A stretch of 64,000 nucleotides of DNA from the NCBI GenBank assembly GCA_963797095.1, contig CAWCNY010000001.1, forward strand, positions 224,001 to 288,000, in the 5' to 3' direction. This DNA comes from an uncultured Chloroflexia bacterium (GTDB taxonomy: Bacteria; Chloroflexota; Chloroflexia; QHBQ01; JADMIH01). Below the pieces are notes generated by a model. The model made no database searches and had not been told where the DNA came from. It saw nothing but the letters and a program-made list of their open reading frames with translations. The first letter of the stretch is position 1, and each line of letters starts with the position of its first letter. Of the stretch, positions 1-11,255 are shown in pieces. The position numbers and the translations under genes are program-made.

Positions 1-437
1 TGGCCGAAGTGCTTGCTGAATTGCGCGATGGAGTGGGCGATGCGCGGCACGCTGTTAGCGGTGGAGCAGACGAAGGAGAGTATGCACTCCTCAGGGTCCT
101 GGCGAACGAGGCGGAGGCCGGACCAACGACGGGCTGCTTCGCCCGCGGCGGGGTCGGCCTGCTCGATGTGACTGACGATAGCGGACAGGTCTACGTCGAG
201 TTGGAAGTAATCGCGGAGCAGATCTTCGGTGACGGTATCAGGGTAGCTCCACCAGGAGAAAGTGTCTCCATCCTGGCGAATGCCGAGGATCGATTGGCCT
301 ACGACGCCTATCCAGAGGCCGTCTTTGCGTCTGCGCCAGCGAAAGCACTGGCCGGAGGCGAGGGTGTGATCGAGGGAGAATTGGGCCGGATCGTAAGTGA
401 AGGTATGCGTTGTTGGCTGTGTGGCAATTGTGCTCAT
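1..437 (-). CDS. 8-oxoguanine DNA glycosylase (OGG1-type), 3' end outside window
   Basis: Manual translation from ATG at 437 gives MSTIATQ...FSLDHTLASGQCFRW...WSGLRLVRQDPEECILSFVCSTANSVPRI, matching OGG_N motifs. Absent from the ORF track because it runs off the edge. Confidence 0.85.
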   Translation of the reverse strand, partial: MSTIATQPTTHTFTYDPAQFSLDHTLASGQCFRWRRRKDGLWIGVVGQSILGIRQDGDTFSWWSYPDTVTEDLLRDYFQLDVDLSAIVSHIEQADPAAGEAARRWSGLRLVRQDPEECILSFVCSTANSVPRIAHSIAQFSKHFG

Positions 438-444
438 AGTGCAA

Positions 445-1233
<789 letters not shown>

Positions 1234-1251
1234 GTTGGCTCCTGGGTGGTG

Positions 1252-1298
1252 GACGAAAGACGATGGTAGTCGGTAGTTCCTGGTTCCTGGTTCCTGGT
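1252..1298. repeat. heptamer mosaic: GATGGTAGTCGG module plus (GTTCCTG)3
   Basis: Tandem 7-mers at 1276-1296. The module at 1262-1273 recurs at 12504 and, inverted, at 21218. Confidence 0.75.
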
Positions 1299-1432
1299 TG
1301 GAGGAGTGGTGACCGGTTAATGATACTATGGAAAATGGTGGGGTGCTGGGTTGTGGGGTCTGGTGGATAGGGGTTTTGTGCACAAGTAAGTGGGGATGGG
1401 AAGGGGTTGTGGCTGCCAAGATGAAATGATCT

Positions 1433-1511
1433 GTAGGGGCATCCCTTGTGGGTGGCCCGACGGGGAGTGGTCATGTTAGGCAACCAGGGCATCCTTAGGG
1501 GGTGCCCATAT
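1433..1511. repeat. GTAG-type REP pair (REPIN-like), second copy degenerate
   Basis: GTAGGGGCATCCCTTGTGGGTGGCCC followed by the inverted degenerate copy GGGCATCCTTAGGGGGTGCCCATAT. Confidence 0.6.
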
Positions 1512-1524
1512 AATGCGGATCTTT

Positions 1525-1566
1525 AAAAGGATAGCCCTCCTGGCTTTCGCTCGGAGGGCTATCCTT
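1525..1566 (-). terminator. intrinsic terminator after rpmE
   Basis: 14-bp perfect stem AAGGATAGCCCTCC/GGAGGGCTATCCTT with a T-run on the minus strand. Confidence 0.8.
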
Positions 1567-1582
1567 GGGGTGGGGTGGGAAA

Positions 1583-1948
1583 TTATGCTTCGGTTGTGGA
1601 AGTTGCTGCCTCGGTCTCTGTCGAGTCCTCGGCTTCTGCTTCGCCTTCGCCCTCGGCCGGGCGCTGTCTGCGCTCCTGGGGCGGAGGGGCAATGTTGGCT
1701 TTGTTCTTGGAGCCGCGCTTGGCACCGGCGACGGGGCCGGTGGCGACTGTGCGGTTGTTCATGCGGCGCAGGAAGCGCTCCACCTGTCCTGCGGTGTCAA
1801 CGATCCTCTGCTCTCCGGTGAAGAAGGGGTGGCAATTGCTGCAAAGGTCGGTCTTGAGGGTTTCCTTGGTGGACATTGTCTGCCAGGAGTTGCCGCAAGC
1901 GCAAGTGACCGTTGCTAGCACGTATTTTGGATGGATACCTGTTTTCAT
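1583..1948 (-). CDS. rpmE: 50S ribosomal protein L31 (Zn-binding type, long acidic tail)
   Basis: [13 protein letters not shown]...[19 protein letters not shown]. Confidence 0.97.
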   Translation of the reverse strand: MKTGIHPKYVLATVTCACGNSWQTMSTKETLKTDLCSNCHPFFTGEQRIVDTAGQVERFLRRMNNRTVATGPVAGAKRGSKNKANIAPPPQERRQRPAEGEGEAEAEDSTETEAATSTTEA

Positions 1949-2045
1949 TTCCTATGTTTTCCTTTTGAATATCTGACCGATGACCAATGACGGAGGTAGG
2001 ATAAGACCTGTGGCCGTTGGTCTTTCGTCGTTCGTCCGTAATATA

Positions 2046-2309
2046 TTATGCTTCGGCGGGAGCGTATACGCTCACACGCTTGCGTTCTTTGCTGGCGTTC
2101 TCGAACTTGACGGTGCCGTTCACCAGTGCGTAGAGGGTGTGGTCTTTGCCGATACCCACGTTGTTGCCCGGGTGAATTCTGGTGCCGCGCTGTCGTACGA
2201 TGATCGTGCCTGAGTGAATCATCTGGCCGTCACCACATTTGACGCCTAGCATTTTGGGTTTGCTGTCGCGCCCGTTGCGCGAGGAACCCACGCCTTTTTT
2301 ATGTGCCAT
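2046..2309 (-). CDS. rpmA: 50S ribosomal protein L27
   Basis: [24 protein letters not shown]. Confidence 0.98.
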   Translation of the reverse strand: MAHKKGVGSSRNGRDSKPKMLGVKCGDGQMIHSGTIIVRQRGTRIHPGNNVGIGKDHTLYALVNGTVKFENASKERKRVSVYAPAEA

Positions 2310-2381
2310 CCCTTACCCCTTTCCGGCGAATTACAAGTTGCCCGTTTGTGCGGATTGTAAATTGTAATTCGAAAGTACGAA

Positions 2382-2693
2382 CTAGACGTTGATCTCTTTG
2401 ATAGAGAGCATTGTAAGGTTCTGCCTGTGGCCCGTTTTGCGGCGATACCGCTTCTTGGGCTTGAACTTGAAGACTATGAGCTTCTTGCCCCTGCCCTGGC
2501 GCAGGACTGTGGCGATCACCTTTGCGCCTTCAACGAGCGGGGTGCCGACTTGCGTACCCTCATCGTTGCTGACCATCAATACCTCGCCAAGCTCAACCTG
2601 GCTTCCAGGTTCGGCTTCGAGCCTCTCGACTTCGATTGTATCACCGGGTGCTACTCTGTACTGGTGGCCGCCGGTGCGAATAATCGCGTACAC
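2382..2693 (-). CDS. rplU: 50S ribosomal protein L21
   Basis: [14 protein letters not shown]...KTGHRQ. GTG start preceded by GGAGG. Confidence 0.98.
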   Translation of the reverse strand: MYAIIRTGGHQYRVAPGDTIEVERLEAEPGSQVELGEVLMVSNDEGTQVGTPLVEGAKVIATVLRQGRGKKLIVFKFKPKKRYRRKTGHRQNLTMLSIKEINV

Positions 2694-2731
2694 CGTTTAT
2701 CCTCCGCTCATTGTTTGGGTCACAGCCTCTA

Positions 2732-2760
2732 ATTATACGATTTGGGTGGGGCTTTGTCAA
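2732..2760 (-). promoter_or_regulatory. sigma70 promoter of rplU-rpmA-rpmE
   Basis: Perfect TTGACA-N17-TATAAT on the minus strand. Confidence 0.85.
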
Positions 2761-2824
2761 GCGTGCGCGCGCGTGCCTCGGCGCGTCAAGTTAGAGTTGC
2801 TGAAGGAGGAAGGGTTGATGTTAT

Positions 2825-4780
2825 TTAGAGGTCGTTGGGGTTGGTGGGGCGCTCGGTAGTGGCAAACTCAATCCAGAATGTGCTGCCTTCTCCCATTTTG
2901 CTTTCTACGCCTATGGTACCGCTCATGGCCTCTACGAGGCGTTGGGAGAGCGCCAGACCCAGGCCCGTGCCTTCGATGGGAGAGTTCTCGGCGCCCAGGC
3001 GGTCGAATGGAGTGAAAAGGCGTGCGAGTTTTTGGGGTGAAATGCCCGGCCCGGTATCGGAGATCGAGATGCGCAGCCTGTTTGCCGTGGATCCTTCTGT
3101 CGGGGAGCCGGTTGTTGGGGTGGGATGTATTGTCGCAGGCTCCTCGGTGTATGAGATGGTGACGCTGCCGCCGGGACTGTTGTACTTAATCGCGTTCGAC
3201 AGCAGGTTCAGGATGGCCTGGTGAAGATGCCGGCGGTCTGCGGATATATAAGGGCCACCCAGCAAGGGGTCGCCGCCCAAGGGGATGTTGGCGACCATTT
3301 CTACGGAGTATTCAGAGGCTAAGGGCTGCATCGCATCCACGCATTCGTGGAGTACCGCGCCGATTGACACAGGCTCTATGAAGATACGAAGACGGTTTTG
3401 GTCGATGCGGCTGATTTCGAGCACCTCGTCTACCAGGCCGAGCAGACGGCGACCGGCCTTGAGGACGAGGTCGAGGTGCTCGTGCTGATCGGCTCTCACA
3501 CCGTCCATTTGGACCAACTCGGTGAAACCGAGGATGGCATTGAGAGGGGTGCGGAACTCGTGGCTCATGCGAGAGAGGAATTCGCTTTTGGTCCGATTTG
3601 CCTGTTCGGCGACCTCGGTGGCCCGGCGCAACTCCTCGATGCGCTTGTGCTCGCTAATGTCGCGCACGATAGCTGAGGCGCCGAAGATCGTACCGCTGCT
3701 GTCCTTCATGGGCGAAATGGCCAGGGACACATCAACCAGCCTACCATCTTTGGCCTGGCGAACAGTCTCATAGGGAAGCACATTCCTGCCCTGCCTGATC
3801 AAATCGAGGTTGTCTGCATACTCAGAGGTAGAGTCGATAGGAATGAGCAGGCTCGCGGATTTACCGATCATCTCAGCAGTTGTATAGCCGAACAGGCGCT
3901 CGGCCCCGGCATTCCAGCTTGTGATCGTTGCATCCAGTGTTACGCTGAAAATAGCATCGTCCGAGGACTCGACTATGGCAGCGAGTCGGGCCAGGGCCTG
4001 TTCGGACTGTTTGCGCTCGGTTATGTCGCGTGATACGCCGAATGTGCCTGCGACTTGGCCTTCAGAATCCCACAGCGGCATTTTCGTTGTGAGAACCCAT
4101 GTCTCGTGCCCATCCGGCCAGATCTCTCGCTCTTCCTTTGCCAGAATGGGCACGCCTGTCTCTACTATTCGCTGCTCATCTTCAAGGGACGCTTTTGCAA
4201 GTTCTTTTGAAAAGAGATCAAAGTCGGACTTACCTATCGCTTCTTCGGGACCAACCAGTCCAACGTCCATGGCGAGATTCTTGTTGATGCGCGTGAACTT
4301 GCTTTCCCTATCCTTGAAGTAGATGCTGTCGGGTAGATTTTCCATGAGGGCATGGAGCAGGTAGTGCTCAAAGGCCAGAGCATCTTCGGCGCGACTACGA
4401 GCAGCCGTCAGCCTGTGAAGTAGCTCCGCGATGAAAAGGAACGTCGGAAAGTAGGCAAGGGCAAGTATGATCGGGTAGCCTGAATATTCGTCCAGAAACA
4501 AGATACTGAAGGCACCGACAACACTATATTCAGCGGCGAGTACAAGATAGACACGTGATCTGTAGTAGGCAGCCGCCAGCAGCATCGGTATTAGTGCTAC
4601 TGCCATCAGGGGGTGTAGATCGTCGTTGAGGAAAAGTACTGCGACGATGGCGAGCAGGAGAAGAGTGTAGGATGCGATGAGACGCCCAGGCGTCAAGGAC
4701 CGGGCAGCGGCGATGAACCCGGCAAGCAGACGACCCCACAAAGTGGGAGTGGCTGCTTGGGTTTGTTTTGGCGATATCAT
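2825..4780 (-). CDS. membrane PAS-PAS sensor histidine kinase
   Basis: N-terminal TM helices, two PAS/PAC repeats, SHEFRTPL H-box, NLLSNAIKY, DTGPGI, GTGLGL. Confidence 0.93.
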   Translation of the reverse strand: MISPKQTQAATPTLWGRLLAGFIAAARSLTPGRLIASYTLLLLAIVAVLFLNDDLHPLMAVALIPMLLAAAYYRSRVYLVLAAEYSVVGAFSILFLDEYSGYPIILALAYFPTFLFIAELLHRLTAARSRAEDALAFEHYLLHALMENLPDSIYFKDRESKFTRINKNLAMDVGLVGPEEAIGKSDFDLFSKELAKASLEDEQRIVETGVPILAKEEREIWPDGHETWVLTTKMPLWDSEGQVAGTFGVSRDITERKQSEQALARLAAIVESSDDAIFSVTLDATITSWNAGAERLFGYTTAEMIGKSASLLIPIDSTSEYADNLDLIRQGRNVLPYETVRQAKDGRLVDVSLAISPMKDSSGTIFGASAIVRDISEHKRIEELRRATEVAEQANRTKSEFLSRMSHEFRTPLNAILGFTELVQMDGVRADQHEHLDLVLKAGRRLLGLVDEVLEISRIDQNRLRIFIEPVSIGAVLHECVDAMQPLASEYSVEMVANIPLGGDPLLGGPYISADRRHLHQAILNLLSNAIKYNSPGGSVTISYTEEPATIHPTPTTGSPTEGSTANRLRISISDTGPGISPQKLARLFTPFDRLGAENSPIEGTGLGLALSQRLVEAMSGTIGVESKMGEGSTFWIEFATTERPTNPNDL

Positions 4781-4973
4781 GTGAATTATTTATTCCAGAT
4801 ATAGCGGTGCAGGCACCAGGATTGCACCGCCGTAGTGTTATGAACGAGAAATGATATTTCGTATTGAGCAGGCGTGGCAGAGCCAGCCTTGCTATTATGC
4901 TAGCAGACTATCTCTGGCGATTCAATGGCCTAATGGTAACAAGCGGCTAATACCGGGATCGCGCCGGTCCTAC

Positions 4974-5345
4974 TCAATTCGGTTGCGGGATGTGCGTGGA
5001 TATTTCTGAAAAGAGGAGATCTAGGTCAAATGGTTTTTGCAGGTAGCCGGCAGCGCCGATATCGTTGGCCGCCTGCTGGGCATTGGTATGGCCTGTCATT
5101 ACGAGGATAGGAGTGCCGACGGAGCGGGCGCGCAATACAGAGGCAACCTGCCAGCCGGTGACGCCGGGCATTTGCATATCGAGCAGGATAAGGTCAACCT
5201 GTACATAGGCAAGGATGTCGAGGGCGGCAGCGCCATCGGTTGCACCCACGGCAAAATAGCCCTCCTCCGTTAAGGCCTGAGTGATAGTTTCGATCAGGGC
5301 GGGTTCATCATCCACCACAAGTATCGATCCTCTTATGTCTGTCAT
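4974..5345 (-). CDS. single-domain response regulator
   Basis: ILVVDDE, LILLDMQMP, MTG, QKPFD. Confidence 0.92.
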   Translation of the reverse strand: MTDIRGSILVVDDEPALIETITQALTEEGYFAVGATDGAAALDILAYVQVDLILLDMQMPGVTGWQVASVLRARSVGTPILVMTGHTNAQQAANDIGAAGYLQKPFDLDLLFSEISTHIPQPN

Positions 5346-5497
5346 AGTGCCCTCCCGACGAAGGCAACGCCATAAAACTACCGTATATTGCAGGCCGCCC
5401 TGAAAATGGACCTCCTGACAAACGGGTTACTTGCTCGATATGCACCTGTTCTGCCCCTTGAGTATAGAGCGGCGTCAATTCATAGTCAATAGGGAAT

Positions 5498-5689
5498 TCA
5501 CTCTGCAACGCGAAAAACGAGCCAAAGATCGAAGCCGAGCACGCCCAGAAGGCCACAAGCAAGCAAAATCCAGGCAGCCCAACGCGGAATATCGAGGCCG
5601 AGCGCGCGTGGATTGCGCAACAGGTAATACCCGAAGATGATACCGCCTGTGCTCACCACGAACATAAGGATCGGAAGCATGGTGCTCAT
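5498..5689 (-). CDS. small two-TM membrane protein
   Basis: 63 aa, two hydrophobic segments, co-oriented with its neighbours. Confidence 0.5.
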   Translation of the reverse strand: MSTMLPILMFVVSTGGIIFGYYLLRNPRALGLDIPRWAAWILLACGLLGVLGFDLWLVFRVAE

Positions 5690-5733
5690 GAGTGCTTGTG
5701 GTTGTATTTGACCGATCCGATAGATCTCTACTG

Positions 5734-7632
5734 CTAGAAGAAGAGATTACCGAAAGTGAAGGGTTGGCGATATTGCAGGCGTGTGCCGGTGGTGATCATC
5801 AATTCCTGGATCGGGACGCCACGCTGGTCGTTGTCGCCCGCCGAGGCCGCGAAACCGATAGCCGCGCCGGGCCGGGGCCGGAACGAGTTGAGGGCCTGCC
5901 AGGGCACGGAAGCTTCCAGGGTGTAGCCGGCGGGATTATCGGTGCGGGGTTGGGCGGCGACGTGTACGATGGCGTTGCGGGCGTCGGACCTGTCGGGGTT
6001 CCAGAAAACAGCCTCAGGTGCGAGTCCCGCGAAGTCGCCGGGGGAGAGGCCAAGCTGAAAATCGTCGTCATTAGCCTCGCGCACCGCGAAGTCGCCTGCC
6101 AGGTCGGTGTCGAACCAGATCTCTATATCGTCACCTTTATAGAGGTCGTAGCCCCGCGTGCGGGCGAATTGGACGTGCACATTGTCGGTGATGGTGGCAC
6201 CGACGTAGAAATTAGAATCGTCCCAGGCGAAGAAGAATGAGGCGCTGAGGTCGTCGGGGCCGCCCCATTCGCGGTCTTTCTTGTAAGTGATGTTGGAGGC
6301 AGCGAAGGGAGGGCCTGCACCATCCCAATCGGCGAGGTCGCCGTCGATGATGGGAGGGATGAGGGCCTGGGGGATGCTGAGGTCGGGGCCGTTGTCGGTG
6401 CGGGTTGACCCGGCGTAGCTAGGCGGGCCGGGGGCCTTGAAGCGGGCGTTTTCGCCTCCGGCATGGCCCAGGAAGAGGCCAAGCGCGCTAAGGAGCACGA
6501 CCGCGCCCACGGCGAGCAGAAGCAAAGCGATCACCACGGCAGATATGCGGCTGGCGTCGCGTGGCGGGGCAATAACGGCGGTATTGGCTTTTGGAGGGGC
6601 GGCACCGATCGCGAGTTGTGGCCTGTTGGGGCGGTTTGTGGGCGGGTTCGCGGTTGATATGGGCGCGGAGACAGGGCCTGTGGGACGCCTGGAGCCGTTG
6701 GTACCGGGGTAGCGATTTACTGTCGAGCCGTTGCGCGATGGGGCGTGGTCGGTGGGGGCTGACCGTATGTTGTTGGTGCCTGGTAGGGGGGTGCCCGTGG
6801 GGAGCCACTGTGCGACGGCTGCCAGGTCGCGGGCGAGGTCGAGGGGGTCGGAGTATCTAACGGCGGGATTCTTGGCGAGAGCGCGGTCGAGGATGGGTTG
6901 GAGGTCGGAGGGGAGGCGTGAATTGACGGTGCGTAGGGAAGGCGGTTTTTCGTGTACCTGCCGGTAGAGGACGGTGGCGGTGTGCTCGCTGGCGAAAGGC
7001 GGCTTGCCTGTGAGCATCTCGAAGAGGACCACGCCGAGCGAGTAGACATCGGAGCGCGGCTCGGCGGGCCTGCCGCTGATCTGCTCAGGGGCGAGGTAGT
7101 CGGCGGTGCCCATGACGTGCCCGACAGCGGTGAGGGAGGATTGGGCGTTGTCGGCGGCGCGGGCGATACCAAAATCTGTGAGGAGGACCGTGCCGTCAGG
7201 CTCGACCAGGATGTCGCCCGGCTTAACATCGCGGTGGATCACACCGTGGGTATGGGCGTAGTGGAGGGCGGAGGCAATCGGCTCGATGATGCGGAGGGCC
7301 ACGTCGATTGGCAGCGCGCCGTTGTCGCGGAGAATATCGCGCAGGGTGGTGCCCTGTACGTAACGCATGGCCATATAGTGGAGGCTGCCCGCCTGTTCTA
7401 CGTCATAGACGCGCACGATTGCCGGGTGCTCAAGGTTGGCCGAGGTGACAGCTTCCCGGCGGAAGCGCTCGACCGCCTTAGGGTCGATGGCGAGGGCGGG
7501 TTCGAGCACCTTGATGGCGACCGAGCGGTTGAGGGCCGTGTCGTGCGCGCGATAGACCGCTGCCATTCCGCCCCTGCCGATGAGGGATTCGATCTGGTAT
7601 TTGCCTAGGCGGCGGCCTACGAGAGTATCCAT
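5734..7632 (-). CDS. Hanks-type Ser/Thr kinase with one TM helix and a C-terminal CBM9/DOMON-like sugar-binding domain
   Basis: GRGGMA, VAIK, HRDVKPGD, DFG, YLAPE, DVYSLG. C-terminus PIIDGDLADW...AWDDSNFYV...GDDIEIWFD...YTLEASVPW. Confidence 0.9.
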   Translation of the reverse strand: MDTLVGRRLGKYQIESLIGRGGMAAVYRAHDTALNRSVAIKVLEPALAIDPKAVERFRREAVTSANLEHPAIVRVYDVEQAGSLHYMAMRYVQGTTLRDILRDNGALPIDVALRIIEPIASALHYAHTHGVIHRDVKPGDILVEPDGTVLLTDFGIARAADNAQSSLTAVGHVMGTADYLAPEQISGRPAEPRSDVYSLGVVLFEMLTGKPPFASEHTATVLYRQVHEKPPSLRTVNSRLPSDLQPILDRALAKNPAVRYSDPLDLARDLAAVAQWLPTGTPLPGTNNIRSAPTDHAPSRNGSTVNRYPGTNGSRRPTGPVSAPISTANPPTNRPNRPQLAIGAAPPKANTAVIAPPRDASRISAVVIALLLLAVGAVVLLSALGLFLGHAGGENARFKAPGPPSYAGSTRTDNGPDLSIPQALIPPIIDGDLADWDGAGPPFAASNITYKKDREWGGPDDLSASFFFAWDDSNFYVGATITDNVHVQFARTRGYDLYKGDDIEIWFDTDLAGDFAVREANDDDFQLGLSPGDFAGLAPEAVFWNPDRSDARNAIVHVAAQPRTDNPAGYTLEASVPWQALNSFRPRPGAAIGFAASAGDNDQRGVPIQELMITTGTRLQYRQPFTFGNLFF

Positions 7633-7698
7633 TGTAATTGCGAACTACGGGCTACGGACCGGGGATTGCAGGCAGCAGCGGTAATTCATGAAGTGTGA

Positions 7699-9024
<1,326 letters not shown>

Positions 9025-9077
9025 CTACGGGCATGATAAACCATAGGCAGGGGTTTGTAAAGAATGGACGAGTCGGA

Positions 9078-10919
9078 TCACGTTTCGGCCAGGGGGAGCG
9101 TGAACCAGAAGGTGCTGCCTTCACCGGCGTTGGGGCGCATACCGGTTTCGCCGCCGTGGGCACTGACTATCTCGGCGCTGACGTAGAGGCCGAGGCCGAG
9201 GCCGCGCCTTTGCCTGGAGGACTGTATACCTTCGGGCGAGGGCGGGTCGGGGATGGGGCCGAAATAGCGGCTGAAGAGGTAGGGGCGCTGGTGATCGGCG
9301 ATGCCAGGGCCATGATCTGTGATTTCCACGCGTGCTTTGCCATCCTGTTGGCTCAGGGAGAGATAGACAGTGGAGCCGGTTGGCGAGTAGCGAAGGGCAT
9401 TGTCGAGCAGGTTGGTGATCACCTGCTCGATGCGGGTGGGGTCCCAGTCGCCGACAAGCTCCAGGGGCGTGGATAGCTCTATTTGGTGAGTACCGGCGTC
9501 GGTGGTCTGGGCGTTGGCTACAGCTTCTTCGGCCATCTTAGCCAGATCGGTGCGCGATTTTTCCAGGGTGAGCCTGCCCAGTTGGATGCGCGAGGCGTCC
9601 AGGAGCCGCACAATCAGCTTGGTGAGGCGGTCGATTTGCCTGCTCATTTCGCCCAGGTGGCGCTCTATTGTGGGGAGGGCGTCGTCGGGCCTGGTAGCGC
9701 CTGCTTTGACCTTCGCCAGGGTGCGCTGGACGAGGTGGTTATAGCCGACGAGGGCGGCCAGGGGATTGCGAAGCTCGTGTGCGGCGATGGCGATGAATTC
9801 ATCCTTGCGCCGATCTATGAGCTTGAGTTGGGTAATGTCTTGAAGGAGGGTGACGCTGGAGGTGACGTTACCCTGCTTATCCTTGATGGGTGCGGAACTG
9901 ACCATCAGGTGTTTGGTGCCGCTTTCGGGGCGGGTGGTAATCAATTCGACATCCTGAACGGTACGACCTTCCTGCAAACCTCTCGCGATGGGGGCGGTGT
10001 CAACAGTGATGATGCTACCATCGGGATGGCGCAGGTCGAAGTACTGGATGCGCTCTCCACGGGTCATTTTATTCCAGACTTTGGCCGGGAAAATCTGTTC
10101 GGCGGCCTGATTCTGGAGGATGACATTGCTTTCGGGCGAATTTAGCACCCGGACGGCGATAGGCAGGTTATTTACAACGGTCTGCAACTGCTGGTGTTCG
10201 GTTTCGATGCGACGGGTAGCCTCCATTTCCAGTCGCAACTCACGCCTGGCGGTGCGCATCGTGAGGATCGCGCCGCCGAGGGCCAGGAGACCGAGCACGA
10301 CGATAACCACGAGTTCGAGCCAGCGGATGTCGTTTAGCTCATCGCTGTAGCGGCGTAACTGCTGGGTAATTGTGCCGTTGAGAGTGCGTCCGGCAGCGCG
10401 GAAGGTATCAAAAAGATCCTTACCCTGATCGTTGGTAGCGGCATCAAAGGCATCTCCGGTCCTCCCAAGGCGGCGATTATCGATCTGAGGCTCGGCCCAC
10501 TCATTTTGCCAGGTATCGGCGGCTGCCTGGAGATTCTGGGCCTGCTTTTGGAGGAGGTCGCGAGTAGTTTCATCGAGGTTTTGAAGGCTGTCGATCTGGT
10601 TGTTGAGATCTGTCCGGAGTTGGGGCAGGGTATGTTGGGTGGAGGTATACGGCTGCAGGAAGTCTTCATCCCCTGAGATGATGAAGCCTCTCACGCTGGT
10701 CTCCATGTCGAGGAGGGCGCTGTTAGTCTCGCGCTCGGTAAAGAGGAGGTCCTCGGCGCGCTGGGTGTTGTTATAGGCTTCGCGTCCCAGCAATTCGGTG
10801 TAGATGACCACAATAACCAGCGCGGCCAGGAAGAGGATGAGCGCGCCTATCATGGTGGGCGTGCTGCGTGCGGGTATGCGCCTGGGTGCACCTACAGGAA
10901 GAGTGCCGGGTCCGGACAT
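9078..10919 (-). CDS. CHASE3-PAS sensor histidine kinase
   Basis: DMETSVRGFIISGDEDFLQPY (CHASE3), AHELRNPL, NLLDNALRY, DHGPGI, GLGLGL. Confidence 0.92.
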   Translation of the reverse strand: MSGPGTLPVGAPRRIPARSTPTMIGALILFLAALVIVVIYTELLGREAYNNTQRAEDLLFTERETNSALLDMETSVRGFIISGDEDFLQPYTSTQHTLPQLRTDLNNQIDSLQNLDETTRDLLQKQAQNLQAAADTWQNEWAEPQIDNRRLGRTGDAFDAATNDQGKDLFDTFRAAGRTLNGTITQQLRRYSDELNDIRWLELVVIVVLGLLALGGAILTMRTARRELRLEMEATRRIETEHQQLQTVVNNLPIAVRVLNSPESNVILQNQAAEQIFPAKVWNKMTRGERIQYFDLRHPDGSIITVDTAPIARGLQEGRTVQDVELITTRPESGTKHLMVSSAPIKDKQGNVTSSVTLLQDITQLKLIDRRKDEFIAIAAHELRNPLAALVGYNHLVQRTLAKVKAGATRPDDALPTIERHLGEMSRQIDRLTKLIVRLLDASRIQLGRLTLEKSRTDLAKMAEEAVANAQTTDAGTHQIELSTPLELVGDWDPTRIEQVITNLLDNALRYSPTGSTVYLSLSQQDGKARVEITDHGPGIADHQRPYLFSRYFGPIPDPPSPEGIQSSRQRRGLGLGLYVSAEIVSAHGGETGMRPNAGEGSTFWFTLPLAET

Positions 10920-10960
10920 ATGGATATGAACCTTTCCAGAGTGGCCGGTCTGTCAAGGCA

Positions 10961-10990
10961 ACTATAACGAGATGGTTGTTGGGTTGTCAA
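10961..10990 (-). promoter_or_regulatory. sigma70 promoter of the CHASE3 kinase
   Basis: TTGACA-N18-TATAGT on the minus strand. Confidence 0.65.
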
Positions 10991-10999
10991 GACGAGGAG

Positions 11000-11125
11000 G
11001 TGATGCGTGATACGTGATACGTGAGCATGGCAGAGCGGTTACTGCGTATTGCGTTATCCCGTACTGCATATCCCGTACTGCATATCCCGTACTGCATATT
11101 GCGCAATCACGTATCACGTATCACG
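11000..11125. repeat. palindromic heptamer mosaic: (GTGATAC)n ... (ATCCCGTACTGCAT)3 ... (TCACGTA)n
   Basis: Read directly. The outer arrays are reverse complements of each other. Confidence 0.9.
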
Positions 11126-11149
11126 CCGCCCTTACAGCGGTCGTGTAAA

Positions 11150-11183
11150 TGTGGATAAGTTCGGGGGCTGCAATTGTGGATAG
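11150..11183. promoter_or_regulatory. two DnaA-box-like 9-mers
   Basis: TGTGGATAA (11150-11158, consensus) and TGTGGATAG (11175-11183, one mismatch). Confidence 0.4.
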
Positions 11184-11255
11184 CGCGTCGGGGAGGGGGA
11201 CAGCGTTGCTATACTCAAAGCTCGAATCGCCCTCGCGGGGCTTGCGGTCGCAGCG

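Noticed and set aside
11150-11183. Replication origin
   Set aside because: Only two boxes, no AT-rich unwinding region, and no dnaA/dnaN.
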